The notes under the pieces were generated by a model, which searched no databases, was not told where the DNA came from, and was given only the letters and a program-made list of their open reading frames with translations. A stretch of 64,000 nt of DNA from Escherichia phage vB_Ec-M-J: sequence record OQ718158.1, one strand, 5' to 3'. Within the stretch, counting starts at the first letter, position 1. Every line of letters starts with the position of its first letter. The position numbers were made by a program, and so were the translations under genes. This document shows, one piece after another, positions 32,150-42,350 of this stretch.

Positions 32150-32705
32150 AAGCAATGAGTACAATGAAATTCAGTACACCTACGCTAATGCAATCCTTAT
32201 GGGACAAAAGTTAGCTTGTATTGTTGCAGCCTTATATAATGCACAGAAAGATTACAAGCGTCACATCCACAAATGTATTGGTATTATTCCATCGAAGTAC
32301 AATACATATATTGCGTGCACGAGACATTTTGATAAACGATTCAATACACCTGATACCCCAAATGCCCATAGTGTTATTGGTCTTTTGGATTTTGCCCCTG
32401 GTGCTGTTATTGGAAAGAATGATTTAGAGTACGCATGGTATAATAAAAATGCCCCGTTAGTAATGGTAAAATATGATACAGAAACGAACAAAGCAATAGA
32501 GTACAATACATATAAATCAGAGGAAGAATTTTTCCAAGGTTCATTGCTTGTGCCAGTGCGTTTGTTATTTTATAATGTCATAATGAGTACAGTACACGAT
32601 AGTCCATTACACAAGAATCACAAAATTAATTTCAATTTTTGTGCTTATGCGATTGATGGTGTTTATGAGTGCTTAATGGAGGTATTGAGTTATGAAGCTG
32701 AATAA
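32130..32705 (+). CDS. F2 paralog
   Basis: track ORF (start uncertain); SEEEFFQGSL. Confidence 0.5.
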   Translation: MISKYNESNEYNEIQYTYANAILMGQKLACIVAALYNAQKDYKRHIHKCIGIIPSKYNTYIACTRHFDKRFNTPDTPNAHSVIGLLDFAPGAVIGKNDLEYAWYNKNAPLVMVKYDTETNKAIEYNTYKSEEEFFQGSLLVPVRLLFYNVIMSTVHDSPLHKNHKINFNFCAYAIDGVYECLMEVLSYEAE

Positions 32706-33033
32706 TACATTTGATATTAAGAAGTTAAGAGAATGGTTTAATAGTATTGAAATTGACGCCATTCCTTATCATACATATGAACAAAGTGATTTACAAAGTA
32801 TTGATATCAGTGAGTTGTACAAATATTATCAGAGTGCATTAGAGATGCATAAGTTATTTTTGAGTACAAATTTCATTCTAAATTACAATTTTGAGGAATT
32901 TAATAATTATAATTTAGTACAGAAATATGTAGTAGCAAAGTACATGTACAATCAAGGAATTAAAGATTGCCTCGAATTCAATACCGTTCTTATTTTAGTT
33001 GAGGTAATTTTATGCACCGCATGTCTGATTTAG
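32692..33033 (+). CDS. hypothetical protein (113 aa)
   Basis: track ORF; no clear family motif. Confidence 0.4.
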   Translation: MKLNNTFDIKKLREWFNSIEIDAIPYHTYEQSDLQSIDISELYKYYQSALEMHKLFLSTNFILNYNFEEFNNYNLVQKYVVAKYMYNQGIKDCLEFNTVLILVEVILCTACLI

Positions 33034-33509
33034 AGTTCAGTTTAGATGCAGCCTTTAAATTTGTTCACAAAATAGAAACAATATATCGTACATTATGTGC
33101 AATAACATCAGTATCAAAAGAGTTTGATGTTGGTGAAAGGTATCAGGTGTGGAATAATTCATTTTATAATAAAGAACATTCTGCGACGGCATTTTATATT
33201 TTAGCATTTAATCCCAGCAATTGTTACCCAGAGAAGCATGAACGTTATCCAAATGACGACATGTGGTTTGAGTACAAAGAAGATGCTGATATGTCGTCAA
33301 TTGTAGTTCCTGATGATTTTAATGCACAAGATTTAACAGAAGAGTGGTGGTTCCAGCAGAATTTAGTACATGATGATATTGATTTATTTTTCTATATTGC
33401 ATTTAAAATGCTTTATCACAACAATATAGTTAAAGAAAGTTTATCGTTTTCATGTCTATATATTGATGATTTGTACAATGAAATTCAAATAAACATGCCT
33501 GTATCGTAA
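33012..33509 (+). CDS. F2 paralog
   Basis: track ORF; TEEWWFQQNL. Confidence 0.55.
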   Translation: MHRMSDLEFSLDAAFKFVHKIETIYRTLCAITSVSKEFDVGERYQVWNNSFYNKEHSATAFYILAFNPSNCYPEKHERYPNDDMWFEYKEDADMSSIVVPDDFNAQDLTEEWWFQQNLVHDDIDLFFYIAFKMLYHNNIVKESLSFSCLYIDDLYNEIQINMPVS

Positions 33510-33527
33510 GATATGGGCTTTTTTTGT

Positions 33528-33556
33528 TTGACACGAGTACAAATGCATGGTACAAT
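33528..33556 (+). promoter_or_regulatory. internal array promoter
   Basis: TTGACA-17-TACAAT, preceded by T-run. Confidence 0.5.
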
Positions 33557-33581
33557 GTGTAATCATTTTAAGGAGATACCT

Positions 33582-34157
33582 ATGGAAAATTTTAAAATAC
33601 CAGATGATTTCAATTCAGTACAAGAGATTGTACACAAGGTTCATTATATTTTTAATGAATTAATTATTGCCAATTCATCCGGTATGCAAATTGAGTTAAA
33701 GGATATTGATAGAGAAGAAGTTTTTTTGGGTTCCCCAAATTCAATCATTCCTTTTTATGGTCAGGACCGTTTATGGTTCATGAGAGATACCCCAATTGAC
33801 AAATACAAAATACAAACAAAATCAGAGTTTTATTCTATTTTTGAATATCTTAATATTACATTACAAACACAAGATATAAATGCAATAAGTGCCATGAGTG
33901 CTGAGGAATATTTTCAGTACAGTACATTGCATAGTCCAGAAGAAATCTTTGTTGTTATGCTCGTTGCAAAATTGAGTACAGTTGATTTTGGGACGTACCC
34001 AAATAAATCATTCAAGATTATTATTCCTGCATTCGTTGATCTTTATGATTTCATTGTGCACAAGAAAGAAAGTACAGTGTACGATATGTATCGTTCAAAT
34101 ATCAGTTTATTTGCATCAAGTGCAGTAAATGCAGTGATTACAGGGGAATTAAAATGA
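33582..34157 (+). CDS. F2 paralog
   Basis: start moved to ATG after RBS AAGGAG (track 33513 overlaps promoter); SAEEYFQYST. Confidence 0.6.
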   Translation: MENFKIPDDFNSVQEIVHKVHYIFNELIIANSSGMQIELKDIDREEVFLGSPNSIIPFYGQDRLWFMRDTPIDKYKIQTKSEFYSIFEYLNITLQTQDINAISAMSAEEYFQYSTLHSPEEIFVVMLVAKLSTVDFGTYPNKSFKIIIPAFVDLYDFIVHKKESTVYDMYRSNISLFASSAVNAVITGELK

Positions 34158-34762
34158 ACATAGATCAATTAATGAAGTACAGTACAAATACAATTCCAGT
34201 GCTAAGTAAAGCATTAGATGCATTCAATGCTAAGTACCCTGAAGGTTCAGAGTTAAATATTCCTTTTACCACAGAAGGGATTGTTGATACGTACATTGTA
34301 AACATCAGTAGTACAGGTATTGTTTTGAAGCAAAAGTACGGCGAAAGTGAATATTATGGATTGAAGCTGGATAATATTTCAGGAGAGAAGACACCTTATG
34401 AGTTTTGGGTTCCGAATAACATTGAGTCATGGAAAACAAATATTAATAAGAGAGACGAAAGAAATTTACCTCTTGTACAAAATAATGAAAAAAGAATTGA
34501 TGTATTTTATTATTACAGTACAGCCCAGTTTCCAGAAGAGATTTATTTAAATTCAGAGGTGCATGAAGATATTGAATCATTTTTCTTTCAGTTATCATTG
34601 GTACAGGATATCATGCCTGTGCAAATGTTCAGGGATGAAATAAATTTAGCGAAAGAGATTTCGGATATGTTACCTGAATTTAGTGTTCTTTATGGTAGTA
34701 GAGCTTTACCTGAAAATGTTTACAAAGAATTTATTTCCATTGTTAAAGGGTTGAATATATAA
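34154..34762 (+). CDS. F2 paralog
   Basis: ATGA overlap; ESFFFQLSL. Confidence 0.55.
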   Translation: MNIDQLMKYSTNTIPVLSKALDAFNAKYPEGSELNIPFTTEGIVDTYIVNISSTGIVLKQKYGESEYYGLKLDNISGEKTPYEFWVPNNIESWKTNINKRDERNLPLVQNNEKRIDVFYYYSTAQFPEEIYLNSEVHEDIESFFFQLSLVQDIMPVQMFRDEINLAKEISDMLPEFSVLYGSRALPENVYKEFISIVKGLNI

Positions 34763-34763
34763 T

Positions 34764-34958
34764 ATGACCGCCTATGATATCAAACAAAGGCATACGAAGT
34801 TTGATTTGTTCACATACCAATTCCACAATGATATAGTGAATTTTAACATCAATGCGTCCTTGCATCCTACATCACAAGATGATTTTGACAACAGAGTGCT
34901 TAACATCGTGGTGCTTTTGTGTTATAATCATTTCAGTGAATATTTTAACGCCAAATGA
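34764..34958 (+). CDS. hypothetical small protein (64 aa)
   Basis: track ORF; no family motif. Confidence 0.35.
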   Translation: MTAYDIKQRHTKFDLFTYQFHNDIVNFNINASLHPTSQDDFDNRVLNIVVLLCYNHFSEYFNAK

Positions 34959-34965
34959 GGCACAC

Positions 34966-35484
34966 ATGTATCAGGCCAAGTACAATACATCATATGCATT
35001 TGCACACAACATTTTGAAGATCATCAAAGCGTTAGAGGGTGGATTGCTTAGTCATAAGTACACCAAAGTAGGTGACAATTGGTTCAGAAATGATGATGAG
35101 TTCAGAAGTCATAAGATTGTTTACAGCAATAATTACAGTGCCAATTACCTTCAGGATGTTGCTATGTGCTTCGAATACGTGTTACAGTTCAGGGGTTCCA
35201 TCAGTCCTGATCTAAGAGAACACATGTACATTCGATACCTACCAATGCTTAAGGATGAGAAATCAATATTCAATTCAGTACACCACAGAGTACGAGAGAG
35301 AACATTCAGGGATATTTTAGAAGATGAAGCTGCATATTTCCAGCAATCATTGATTGATGCTCCTGATGTGTTACAGATGCAGAATTTGTATAATGTATTA
35401 GATGCGAACATCGATACGGATATCTTTTTTTCCTTAAGTGATTATGAAACATTTTTGGAAGATTTAAAGGAAATAGGATTATGA
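34966..35484 (+). CDS. F2 paralog
   Basis: start moved to ATG after RBS TGAGG (track 34852); DEAAYFQQSL. Confidence 0.55.
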   Translation: MYQAKYNTSYAFAHNILKIIKALEGGLLSHKYTKVGDNWFRNDDEFRSHKIVYSNNYSANYLQDVAMCFEYVLQFRGSISPDLREHMYIRYLPMLKDEKSIFNSVHHRVRERTFRDILEDEAAYFQQSLIDAPDVLQMQNLYNVLDANIDTDIFFSLSDYETFLEDLKEIGL

Positions 35485-35825
35485 GTAGATTTTCAGTTTA
35501 TATAGTAAACGTCAGTAAAGATGGTAGTTTAATTGAATTTGATGTAGTTGATAACAATGATAATTCATATGGTATTAAGGTACAGGACAATGATGTACAG
35601 TTCAGTACAAGGACAAATTTTGAGAATCCAGTCCAAGTTCCGAATTTCATAGAAGATGAAGCTGCACGATTCCAACACGAAACGGCCTTTGATAATTTAG
35701 CGATGCATATTATTATGCAACAGAGTTTAGTTCAATTGCTTCAGGTATTCAGACAAAATATATATGTACATGAAGTGTCGATTAATGGCATTCAAAGTTC
35801 CGTTTTGTTCGGTACAAATATGTAA
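35481..35825 (+). CDS. F2 paralog
   Basis: ATGA overlap; DEAARFQHET. Confidence 0.5.
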   Translation: MSRFSVYIVNVSKDGSLIEFDVVDNNDNSYGIKVQDNDVQFSTRTNFENPVQVPNFIEDEAARFQHETAFDNLAMHIIMQQSLVQLLQVFRQNIYVHEVSINGIQSSVLFGTNM

Positions 35826-35835
35826 GGAAAGTACA

Positions 35836-36390
35836 ATGAGTTCAATGAGTTTATTAGATACATTAGAAAAAGACAGAAGTGCCATTAAGAGATTAAAAAA
35901 TCTTGTCCAGAGCATTGCGAACAACGCTGAGAAGTTCAGTGACAATCTTAGTATAGGTGATATAACCAGTACAGGAATAAAAACCCTGAAGTCAGATTTA
36001 TTAATTCATAAGGAAGATAAATTATTATTTGTATTGAGTTCAGATTTAATGGTTGCAAGTAATGGTTTCAATTCGATATCAACACAAGATGGTAGCACAG
36101 GATTATATCTATCACAGGGTGTCCAGACGAACGAACAAAAGTGTTTTAGTTCAGGAGTACAGAATCCCTTTAAGTTCAGTACAGAACAAGCTACAGAGCT
36201 TTTAGATGCTTCAGAAGAGATGTTATTTCAGTACAAAACGGTTCATACAGATTTTGAATTACGATGCATGTACGCTGTTAAGCATTATGTTCAGGAGTTC
36301 GAGAATTTAAGTTATCTTTTAGTTCGAACGAATACAAAGAACATTGGTGCATTAGAAGATTACATTTCAAAAGTTGTTAAAGGGTGCTAA
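35836..36390 (+). CDS. F2 paralog
   Basis: start moved to ATG after RBS AAGGA (track 35764); EEMLFQYKT. Confidence 0.55.
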   Translation: MSSMSLLDTLEKDRSAIKRLKNLVQSIANNAEKFSDNLSIGDITSTGIKTLKSDLLIHKEDKLLFVLSSDLMVASNGFNSISTQDGSTGLYLSQGVQTNEQKCFSSGVQNPFKFSTEQATELLDASEEMLFQYKTVHTDFELRCMYAVKHYVQEFENLSYLLVRTNTKNIGALEDYISKVVKGC

Positions 36391-36553
36391 AGGGTGCTGA
36401 TGAAAGAGTTATTTGAAGAACAGTTCGATACATATGTGGATAATATTCTTTATTCTAGTCGTGCTAGTCAACGAGGAAATCGTGCTTACAACATAGATTA
36501 CCTATTAACGGTGCTGAGTTCACAGTACACCTACGCTGTGCAGAGGACATATT

Positions 36554-36757
36554 ATGGATAATTTTAGAGATGTTGCAAAGGAGAAGTTCAAGTGCAGTTT
36601 AGATTACGGTTTAAATGATTTTCTTACATGCACAATGTACAGGAATGATGATTATGAGCAATCCGTAATTTCGTTGCACAGATATTTCGAAATAATTTAC
36701 GCAAGATATCTTAGAAGGTTAGATGGGACAGGGGATTGGAATTATGATTACGTTTGA
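36554..36757 (+). CDS. hypothetical small protein (67 aa)
   Basis: track ORF. Confidence 0.35.
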   Translation: MDNFRDVAKEKFKCSLDYGLNDFLTCTMYRNDDYEQSVISLHRYFEIIYARYLRRLDGTGDWNYDYV

Positions 36758-36968
36758 AGAGCCGGAAGTGGTATATTGCTTTAGTGTGAAAGGTTTTGAA
36801 TACATGATGGATTCGATTTTGAAGGATACATATTTGGTTCAGATTGAAGTTACAGATAATACAGATAATGCATTACAGCGAGTATTGAATATATACGAGA
36901 GGACGAGTCGAAGGCTTTGTGCGATGAAAAGGATTGAAGAAATCAAGCTTTCTAGGCTGAATAAATAG
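36744..36968 (+). CDS. hypothetical small protein
   Basis: in-frame ATG after RBS GGGGA (track 36723). Confidence 0.35.
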   Translation: MITFEEPEVVYCFSVKGFEYMMDSILKDTYLVQIEVTDNTDNALQRVLNIYERTSRRLCAMKRIEEIKLSRLNK

Positions 36969-37174
36969 AGACGTTTCATTTTCACAGGCCGCAGGAGGGG
37001 GGGTCAAAAAAATTTTCGCTGAAAAACATGTTAAGGTATATGTTTAATATAAAGTTTTAAAATGTGTTCACAGAGTACAGTTCATGTTTCCTTAAACAAA
37101 AAAATACCCAGCCGCCGAACGTGCTCCTTATATTGGAGTTTACCTTATTAATTACAGTAGAGATTACAATTGAA

Positions 37175-37558
37175 ATGAAGATGCAAATAAAATATAATGA
37201 ATTTTGTGCAAGGACATTCATGTACACTGGTGAATTAGTTACGCACTGTAACTTATACAAGGGTGATTTAAACTACACAAGGGACAAGCTTATAAAATAC
37301 GAAAATGCTGACTTTTATTTGATGGATTTTAGTACTGGGTTTCATGGGATATCTATCGAGATGCCGGACTATACCGTACTTGATGATGCTGCACTGTTTC
37401 AGGAGGCATTAGTATTTGATAAGAAGTACATCTGTACATTAGAAGAGATAGTTGAAATCCAGCGTAGAATTAAATGTATTCACAGGGAATGTATAGATAT
37501 CTGGTGCAGGACTGGTGAGGCTGATTTCTGGAAATTTTTTAATCTAGGGGAAGAGTGA
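37175..37558 (+). CDS. F2 paralog (CNL.KGD subfamily)
   Basis: start chosen by alignment with 37555 and 37911 paralogs (track 37064); DAALFQEAL. Confidence 0.5.
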   Translation: MKMQIKYNEFCARTFMYTGELVTHCNLYKGDLNYTRDKLIKYENADFYLMDFSTGFHGISIEMPDYTVLDDAALFQEALVFDKKYICTLEEIVEIQRRIKCIHRECIDIWCRTGEADFWKFFNLGEE

Positions 37559-37914
37559 TGGAATTTGATTTTGTAATATCAGTACATTCTTTTAAGAACA
37601 GTTTTCAGTACTTTTGTAATTTAAACAAAGGTGATTTAATGCACAGTGCAAATGAGTATATTCATTACACTCAGGGTAAATTTACATTCATTGATTACAA
37701 TTCATTACAGTATCCACATCAAGATATGCCGGACTATACAGTAATGGATGCCGCTGAACTATTTCAGGAGTCATTAGTATTTGATAAGAAGTACTTGTGT
37801 ACATTTGAAGAAGTAATTGCAATACAAAATGAAATGAAAGAGTATGACTCTTTGAATAAAGGCAATGTCAGTATTAATCAAGAATACAAATTCAATATAG
37901 GAATTCCAGAATGA
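37555..37914 (+). CDS. F2 paralog (CNL.KGD subfamily)
   Basis: ATGA overlap; AAELFQESLVFDKKYLCT. Confidence 0.6.
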   Translation: MMEFDFVISVHSFKNSFQYFCNLNKGDLMHSANEYIHYTQGKFTFIDYNSLQYPHQDMPDYTVMDAAELFQESLVFDKKYLCTFEEVIAIQNEMKEYDSLNKGNVSINQEYKFNIGIPE

Positions 37915-38255
37915 CATTTGATTTTTCTATGTTTATACCTAAGATTAGTACTTCACTGGAAGTGTATTGCAATCTTAACAAAGGTGATTATGAACACAAA
38001 ATGGATCAGTACATTAAATTTAATGGTTCTTACTTTAGCTTCATTGATTATCAGGCCAAAGGAACAGTTGTAGAAAATATGAAAGACTATGCAACTGTAC
38101 ATGGTGAGGCTGAAATATTTCAAGAGTCATTAATATTTGACAAGAAGTACTTGTGTACACTAGAGGAAGTTATTGAACTCCAACAGAAGATGAAAGAATA
38201 TAGAAGAATCTGCATAGAGACTGATTCCAAAGATAGGTATTGTTTTAAGCTATGA
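37911..38255 (+). CDS. F2 paralog (CNL.KGD subfamily)
   Basis: ATGA overlap; EAEIFQESLIFDKKYLCT. Confidence 0.6.
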   Translation: MTFDFSMFIPKISTSLEVYCNLNKGDYEHKMDQYIKFNGSYFSFIDYQAKGTVVENMKDYATVHGEAEIFQESLIFDKKYLCTLEEVIELQQKMKEYRRICIETDSKDRYCFKL

Positions 38256-38437
38256 ATAAAAAAGAACAAATGGAATCATTCATGAATACAATACTTCGAC
38301 GATTCGTAATTGATATTAGACATAACAACAGCATTAGGAATGATATGTACTTCGGTACATATGATATTAGTGAATTGTATATAGCTAATATTCACATGGT
38401 GTACCGAGATTATATCAAGACACAACACAGGAGTTGA
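38252..38437 (+). CDS. F1-like divergent paralog
   Basis: ATGA overlap; YFGTYDISELYIANI. Confidence 0.4.
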   Translation: MNKKEQMESFMNTILRRFVIDIRHNNSIRNDMYFGTYDISELYIANIHMVYRDYIKTQHRS

Positions 38438-38438
38438 T

Positions 38439-38909
38439 ATGAGTTTTTCAAGAGCATTAGAAATTGCTAAGTTAATTGATTTATGTAAAAAGGAAATAGT
38501 ACTCAATCGTCTCAATGGGTATCTATTCAAGGAAGGTAAAGCTTATTGTCGAATGATATACGATGACAGTAGTGAGTACATTCACATGTACGAAGAAAAC
38601 TTAGATTCTTCTGAAACAACACTCACTGGGTGTGATGTTAATCTGGAAGATAATTACATGTACTTCTGTCGTGATGCTGATATTTTAATACAATATACTG
38701 ACATTATAACTGGTGCAGCAGAAAAACATCTTCCGTATTCAGTACTGGATAATGACTGGGGAAGTGAAGAGTTCTACTTCCAGCAGAATACTATCTACGA
38801 GGAATATGTGCTTGACAAGCTTGTCATTCTGTGGTACTTTAATAATACCGATTGTCCTAGCTTCTATCTGGACTTGGATCTACTACGAGTTATTAAAGAG
38901 GATATATGA
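38439..38909 (+). CDS. F2 paralog (WG.EE.YFQ / WYF subfamily)
   Basis: track ORF; DNDWGSEEFYFQQNT...VILWYF. Confidence 0.6.
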   Translation: MSFSRALEIAKLIDLCKKEIVLNRLNGYLFKEGKAYCRMIYDDSSEYIHMYEENLDSSETTLTGCDVNLEDNYMYFCRDADILIQYTDIITGAAEKHLPYSVLDNDWGSEEFYFQQNTIYEEYVLDKLVILWYFNNTDCPSFYLDLDLLRVIKEDI

Positions 38910-39346
38910 GTTTAGCAAGTGCACTTAAACTGGCACACAAAATACATCACTTCCACGATAACATAAAAAGTGGTTTCTATGGTGATAAAGTAAGTGCATT
39001 TGGTAATGAGTATTATCTATCAGGTATAAAGACATACTCTGATGATATTTTACTTATGGGCCATGATAAAGACAATACTATACAGTACTCTTCATGTAGT
39101 CAATATACTAGTTTTTTTGTATATATTCCAGGTACTAAGATTACTTTTGACACATCAAATACACCTGTTGACTTCGGGATACTTGATGGGCCGTGGGGTA
39201 CTGAAGAGTATTACTTCCAACAGAGTCTTATTTTTAACCAAGAAATGCTTGATTCCTTGGTTGTTTTGTGGTACTTTAAGGAATTGAATTTTGAACCCTT
39301 CTTCCTTGACTGGGGAGCATGTGAATATTTAAGTACAGGGGATTAG
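38906..39346 (+). CDS. F2 paralog (WYF subfamily)
   Basis: ATGA overlap; GPWGTEEYYFQQSL. Confidence 0.6.
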   Translation: MSLASALKLAHKIHHFHDNIKSGFYGDKVSAFGNEYYLSGIKTYSDDILLMGHDKDNTIQYSSCSQYTSFFVYIPGTKITFDTSNTPVDFGILDGPWGTEEYYFQQSLIFNQEMLDSLVVLWYFKELNFEPFFLDWGACEYLSTGD

Positions 39347-39348
39347 TA

Positions 39349-39837
39349 ATGTCATTACAAAGTGCATTGAAAGAAGCAAAGAAGATTCATGAGTACATGA
39401 TTATGGTACAAGAAGGTTCAGTGCCTGGTGTGTATAAAACATCTGATACTGAATTTTTTGTAAAAGACCGCGACGATTATGATGAGTCAGAGATACATGC
39501 AGAAACGTTAGTACTACACACTGATACGGGTGATACTGATGACTGTGAATATCATATGTACAATCAATACATTAGTTATTGTAGAGATGAAGATATTATA
39601 ATTTACAGCCCTGATTACGATGATTATGACACAATCATTCCGTATTCAGTACTGGAAGGTCCGTGGGACAGTGAGGAATATTACTTCCAGAACAGTACTG
39701 TGTACAATGAAGAAGAATTAGATGTTATTGTAATTATGTGGTACTTTAAAAGTATTGGTTCTGGTAGTTTCTATTTCGATTATGAATACGTAGAGAATAC
39801 TGTAGGGGAAGATAATGTCATTACGAAGTGCTCTTGA
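39349..39837 (+). CDS. F2 paralog (WYF subfamily)
   Basis: track ORF; GPWDSEEYYFQNST. Confidence 0.6.
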   Translation: MSLQSALKEAKKIHEYMIMVQEGSVPGVYKTSDTEFFVKDRDDYDESEIHAETLVLHTDTGDTDDCEYHMYNQYISYCRDEDIIIYSPDYDDYDTIIPYSVLEGPWDSEEYYFQNSTVYNEEELDVIVIMWYFKSIGSGSFYFDYEYVENTVGEDNVITKCS

Positions 39838-40258
39838 TAAAGCAAAAGAACTACAGGCATATATTGAAGATATTAAGGCTGGGAAGTTCGAAGAAGTATA
39901 CAAAGCCGAGAATGGTAACTACTACAAGGATTGTGATTTTGCTACAACTACAGTTATTCTTGGGTTGAATTCCAAAAGTCCCGCAGATTTTTCACAATAC
40001 AATCCAGATGCAGAATTTATCAGTTATGCTTATGGTGGTGAAATCCGTTTTTATAATCGCAGCAGACCTTTAAAATTGAACTTTGAAGTACTGAAAGGTC
40101 CGTGGGATAGTGAAGAGTATTACTTTCAGAATAGTACTTTGTATGATGATGAAGTACTAGATACTTTAGTTATTATGTGGTACTTTAAAAGTATTGATAG
40201 CACAAGATTTTATTTGGATTATGAATATGTACGTGCAGCACATAAGGGTAAACGATGA
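39815..40258 (+). CDS. F2 paralog (WYF subfamily)
   Basis: track ORF; GPWDSEEYYFQNST. Confidence 0.6.
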   Translation: MSLRSALDKAKELQAYIEDIKAGKFEEVYKAENGNYYKDCDFATTTVILGLNSKSPADFSQYNPDAEFISYAYGGEIRFYNRSRPLKLNFEVLKGPWDSEEYYFQNSTLYDDEVLDTLVIMWYFKSIDSTRFYLDYEYVRAAHKGKR

Positions 40259-40569
40259 AATTCTTATACAGTATTCAGTACATTCCAGGTACAATTAGTT
40301 TAATGTATTTCTTCGATCATGATAATTTCCAGCACCTTGCCGTTAGAAGATGTAATGAATCTTTAATGATTGAATATCTTCACGATTGTGATTATATTCC
40401 CGACTTTCTTGAATGTGATTACAGAGATGATCATGAAACATTTCTTTTTCAGGAATCACTTATATGGGATAAGAGAATTAATTTTCATGCCTTAATTGAG
40501 ATACAAAAACAAGTGAAGTACTACTGGGATTACTTAATTACCCAAGAATATATAGAGATTGAAATATAA
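40255..40569 (+). CDS. F2 paralog
   Basis: ATGA overlap; HETFLFQESL. Confidence 0.55.
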   Translation: MKFLYSIQYIPGTISLMYFFDHDNFQHLAVRRCNESLMIEYLHDCDYIPDFLECDYRDDHETFLFQESLIWDKRINFHALIEIQKQVKYYWDYLITQEYIEIEI

Positions 40570-41012
40570 TGTACGAAAGTGATCTTAAGCACGCTGAAGA
40601 ATTAGTTAATATAGTAAAGTTCTTTCAAAATAATATAAAGTACTTAGACTATAAAGGGGCATATATTAGTACTATAAGTGTTGGTACTGATATTCTAGGA
40701 TTAGGTAATGAATATAAGTACGAGTCACATGATTATGATTTGGAATTCAAGTACTTCGTATGGGATTCTGGAACTTTCTATTATATAGAGGAAGGTGGAA
40801 AATATTTTGAATTCACAGAAGAAGAAGTACTATTTTTAAATTCAGAAGATGCTTACTTCCAGTACAGTACTATATACCCAAATGGGGCGTTAAGAGCTTT
40901 AGTAGTTTTTAATGCATTCCTGAAAGAGAACTTTAATAATTCTATATTCATTGATTTAGATTATGTATATGAACTAAATCAGGTGATATATATGGAGTCC
41001 AGAGAAAAATGA
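40569..41012 (+). CDS. F2 paralog
   Basis: track ORF; EDAYFQYST. Confidence 0.55.
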   Translation: MYESDLKHAEELVNIVKFFQNNIKYLDYKGAYISTISVGTDILGLGNEYKYESHDYDLEFKYFVWDSGTFYYIEEGGKYFEFTEEEVLFLNSEDAYFQYSTIYPNGALRALVVFNAFLKENFNNSIFIDLDYVYELNQVIYMESREK

Positions 41013-41455
41013 GTTATGAAAGTGCACTAAAAAAGGCTAATGATATTCTACGCGTTGTTCAGTTCTTAAAGGACTATCCTGATTATGTAGATGATGAACG
41101 AAGAGAAGTTTCTAATGGCACGAAGATTACAATTGATTCTTTATTTGACACTAGCAACGACAACTGTAGTACTATTGAATTAGCATACGATTATATTTCA
41201 TTGAACAGAAAATATGATGAAGTTACGATAGAGCGTCATGAGAATGAAGAATCTTTTAAAATTTCTGATATTTTATCTCTGAGTACAGAAGAAGGGTACT
41301 TCCAGGGAAGTACTGTTTATAATGAAGGAACACTTGACAATCTATGTACATTTAGTGTACTATATCAGAAGTCAGTACTGGATATATTTTATCTAGACAC
41401 TGAAAAACTTGATAGGTTAGTTGATTTCGTTACTATAGAAGAGGCATCCTTTTGA
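41009..41455 (+). CDS. F2 paralog
   Basis: ATGA overlap; TEEGYFQGST. Confidence 0.55.
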   Translation: MSYESALKKANDILRVVQFLKDYPDYVDDERREVSNGTKITIDSLFDTSNDNCSTIELAYDYISLNRKYDEVTIERHENEESFKISDILSLSTEEGYFQGSTVYNEGTLDNLCTFSVLYQKSVLDIFYLDTEKLDRLVDFVTIEEASF

Positions 41456-41985
41456 GAAAAATTAACATTAATGATTATGATGCATTACAAGATTTATCAA
41501 AAAAGATTCGCACTATCGTACCAGTACTGAAAAAATGCAGTACTGGATTAATTGATCCTAGTACAGTTATTAGTGAGAAGTACGATTTCCATAAACTGTT
41601 ACAAGGGAATGGTGCATTCCAGAAGTGTGAGATACGTGAGAAACACGTCATTGATACATCATTGCTTTCAATTGGTTCAGCCGTTCATAAGAATGTTGTA
41701 TACCTTGAATCCAGATCTGAAACTATTCGACAGATGACTTTTAAGAAAAAGTGTACTGAAATTGACGTGTACACTATGATATGGGGTTATCCAGAGTTAT
41801 ATCGTACTATTAATATTCCTAAGTACAATTACAATTCATTTGAAGAACAGTGCTTTCAACTATCTTGTACTGATCCTGACTATGCTATTATTCAGTTCTA
41901 TATGGAATTACAGATGGCATTTAACAGTAATTTAAATATCAATTTATTAAAGGTTGATTTCGATGAAGTATTCAAAAACATTTAA
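41452..41985 (+). CDS. F2 paralog
   Basis: ATGA overlap; FEEQCFQLSC. Confidence 0.5.
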   Translation: MRKININDYDALQDLSKKIRTIVPVLKKCSTGLIDPSTVISEKYDFHKLLQGNGAFQKCEIREKHVIDTSLLSIGSAVHKNVVYLESRSETIRQMTFKKKCTEIDVYTMIWGYPELYRTINIPKYNYNSFEEQCFQLSCTDPDYAIIQFYMELQMAFNSNLNINLLKVDFDEVFKNI

Positions 41986-42181
41986 TCGAATTGAATACAT
42001 GAGAACTGTGAGTGCAGTGTGGGACATATGGTTCACTACTAAACCAAAAATGGATTACCATGACTTTAAGCTATTGTTCTTCGTTGGCTCTAACAAACAG
42101 GATGTTGCAATGAAGGGTTATATTCAGCACTTACAGGAACTAATCCAGAAGAGAATATATGAAAATAATAGACCAAGATGA
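41954..42181 (+). CDS. F1 paralog (embedded in F2 array)
   Basis: track ORF; FVGSNKQDVAMKGYI. Confidence 0.45.
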   Translation: MISMKYSKTFNRIEYMRTVSAVWDIWFTTKPKMDYHDFKLLFFVGSNKQDVAMKGYIQHLQELIQKRIYENNRPR

Positions 42182-42350
42182 TATTGCTAAACTATTCAAT
42201 ATATATTCTTCTAAAATGATGCAAACCGACTCATATAGTACTGAATTCAAAGAATTAAAAGTACTGATGTATTTGGGCACACAGTATCAGGAACAAGTTG
42301 TTAAAGAATATATTGATTCTTTACAGAAGGATATCCGTTATGTACAATGA
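42159..42350 (+). CDS. F1 paralog (embedded in F2 array)
   Basis: track ORF; LGTQYQEQVVKEYI. Confidence 0.5.
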   Translation: MKIIDQDDIAKLFNIYSSKMMQTDSYSTEFKELKVLMYLGTQYQEQVVKEYIDSLQKDIRYVQ

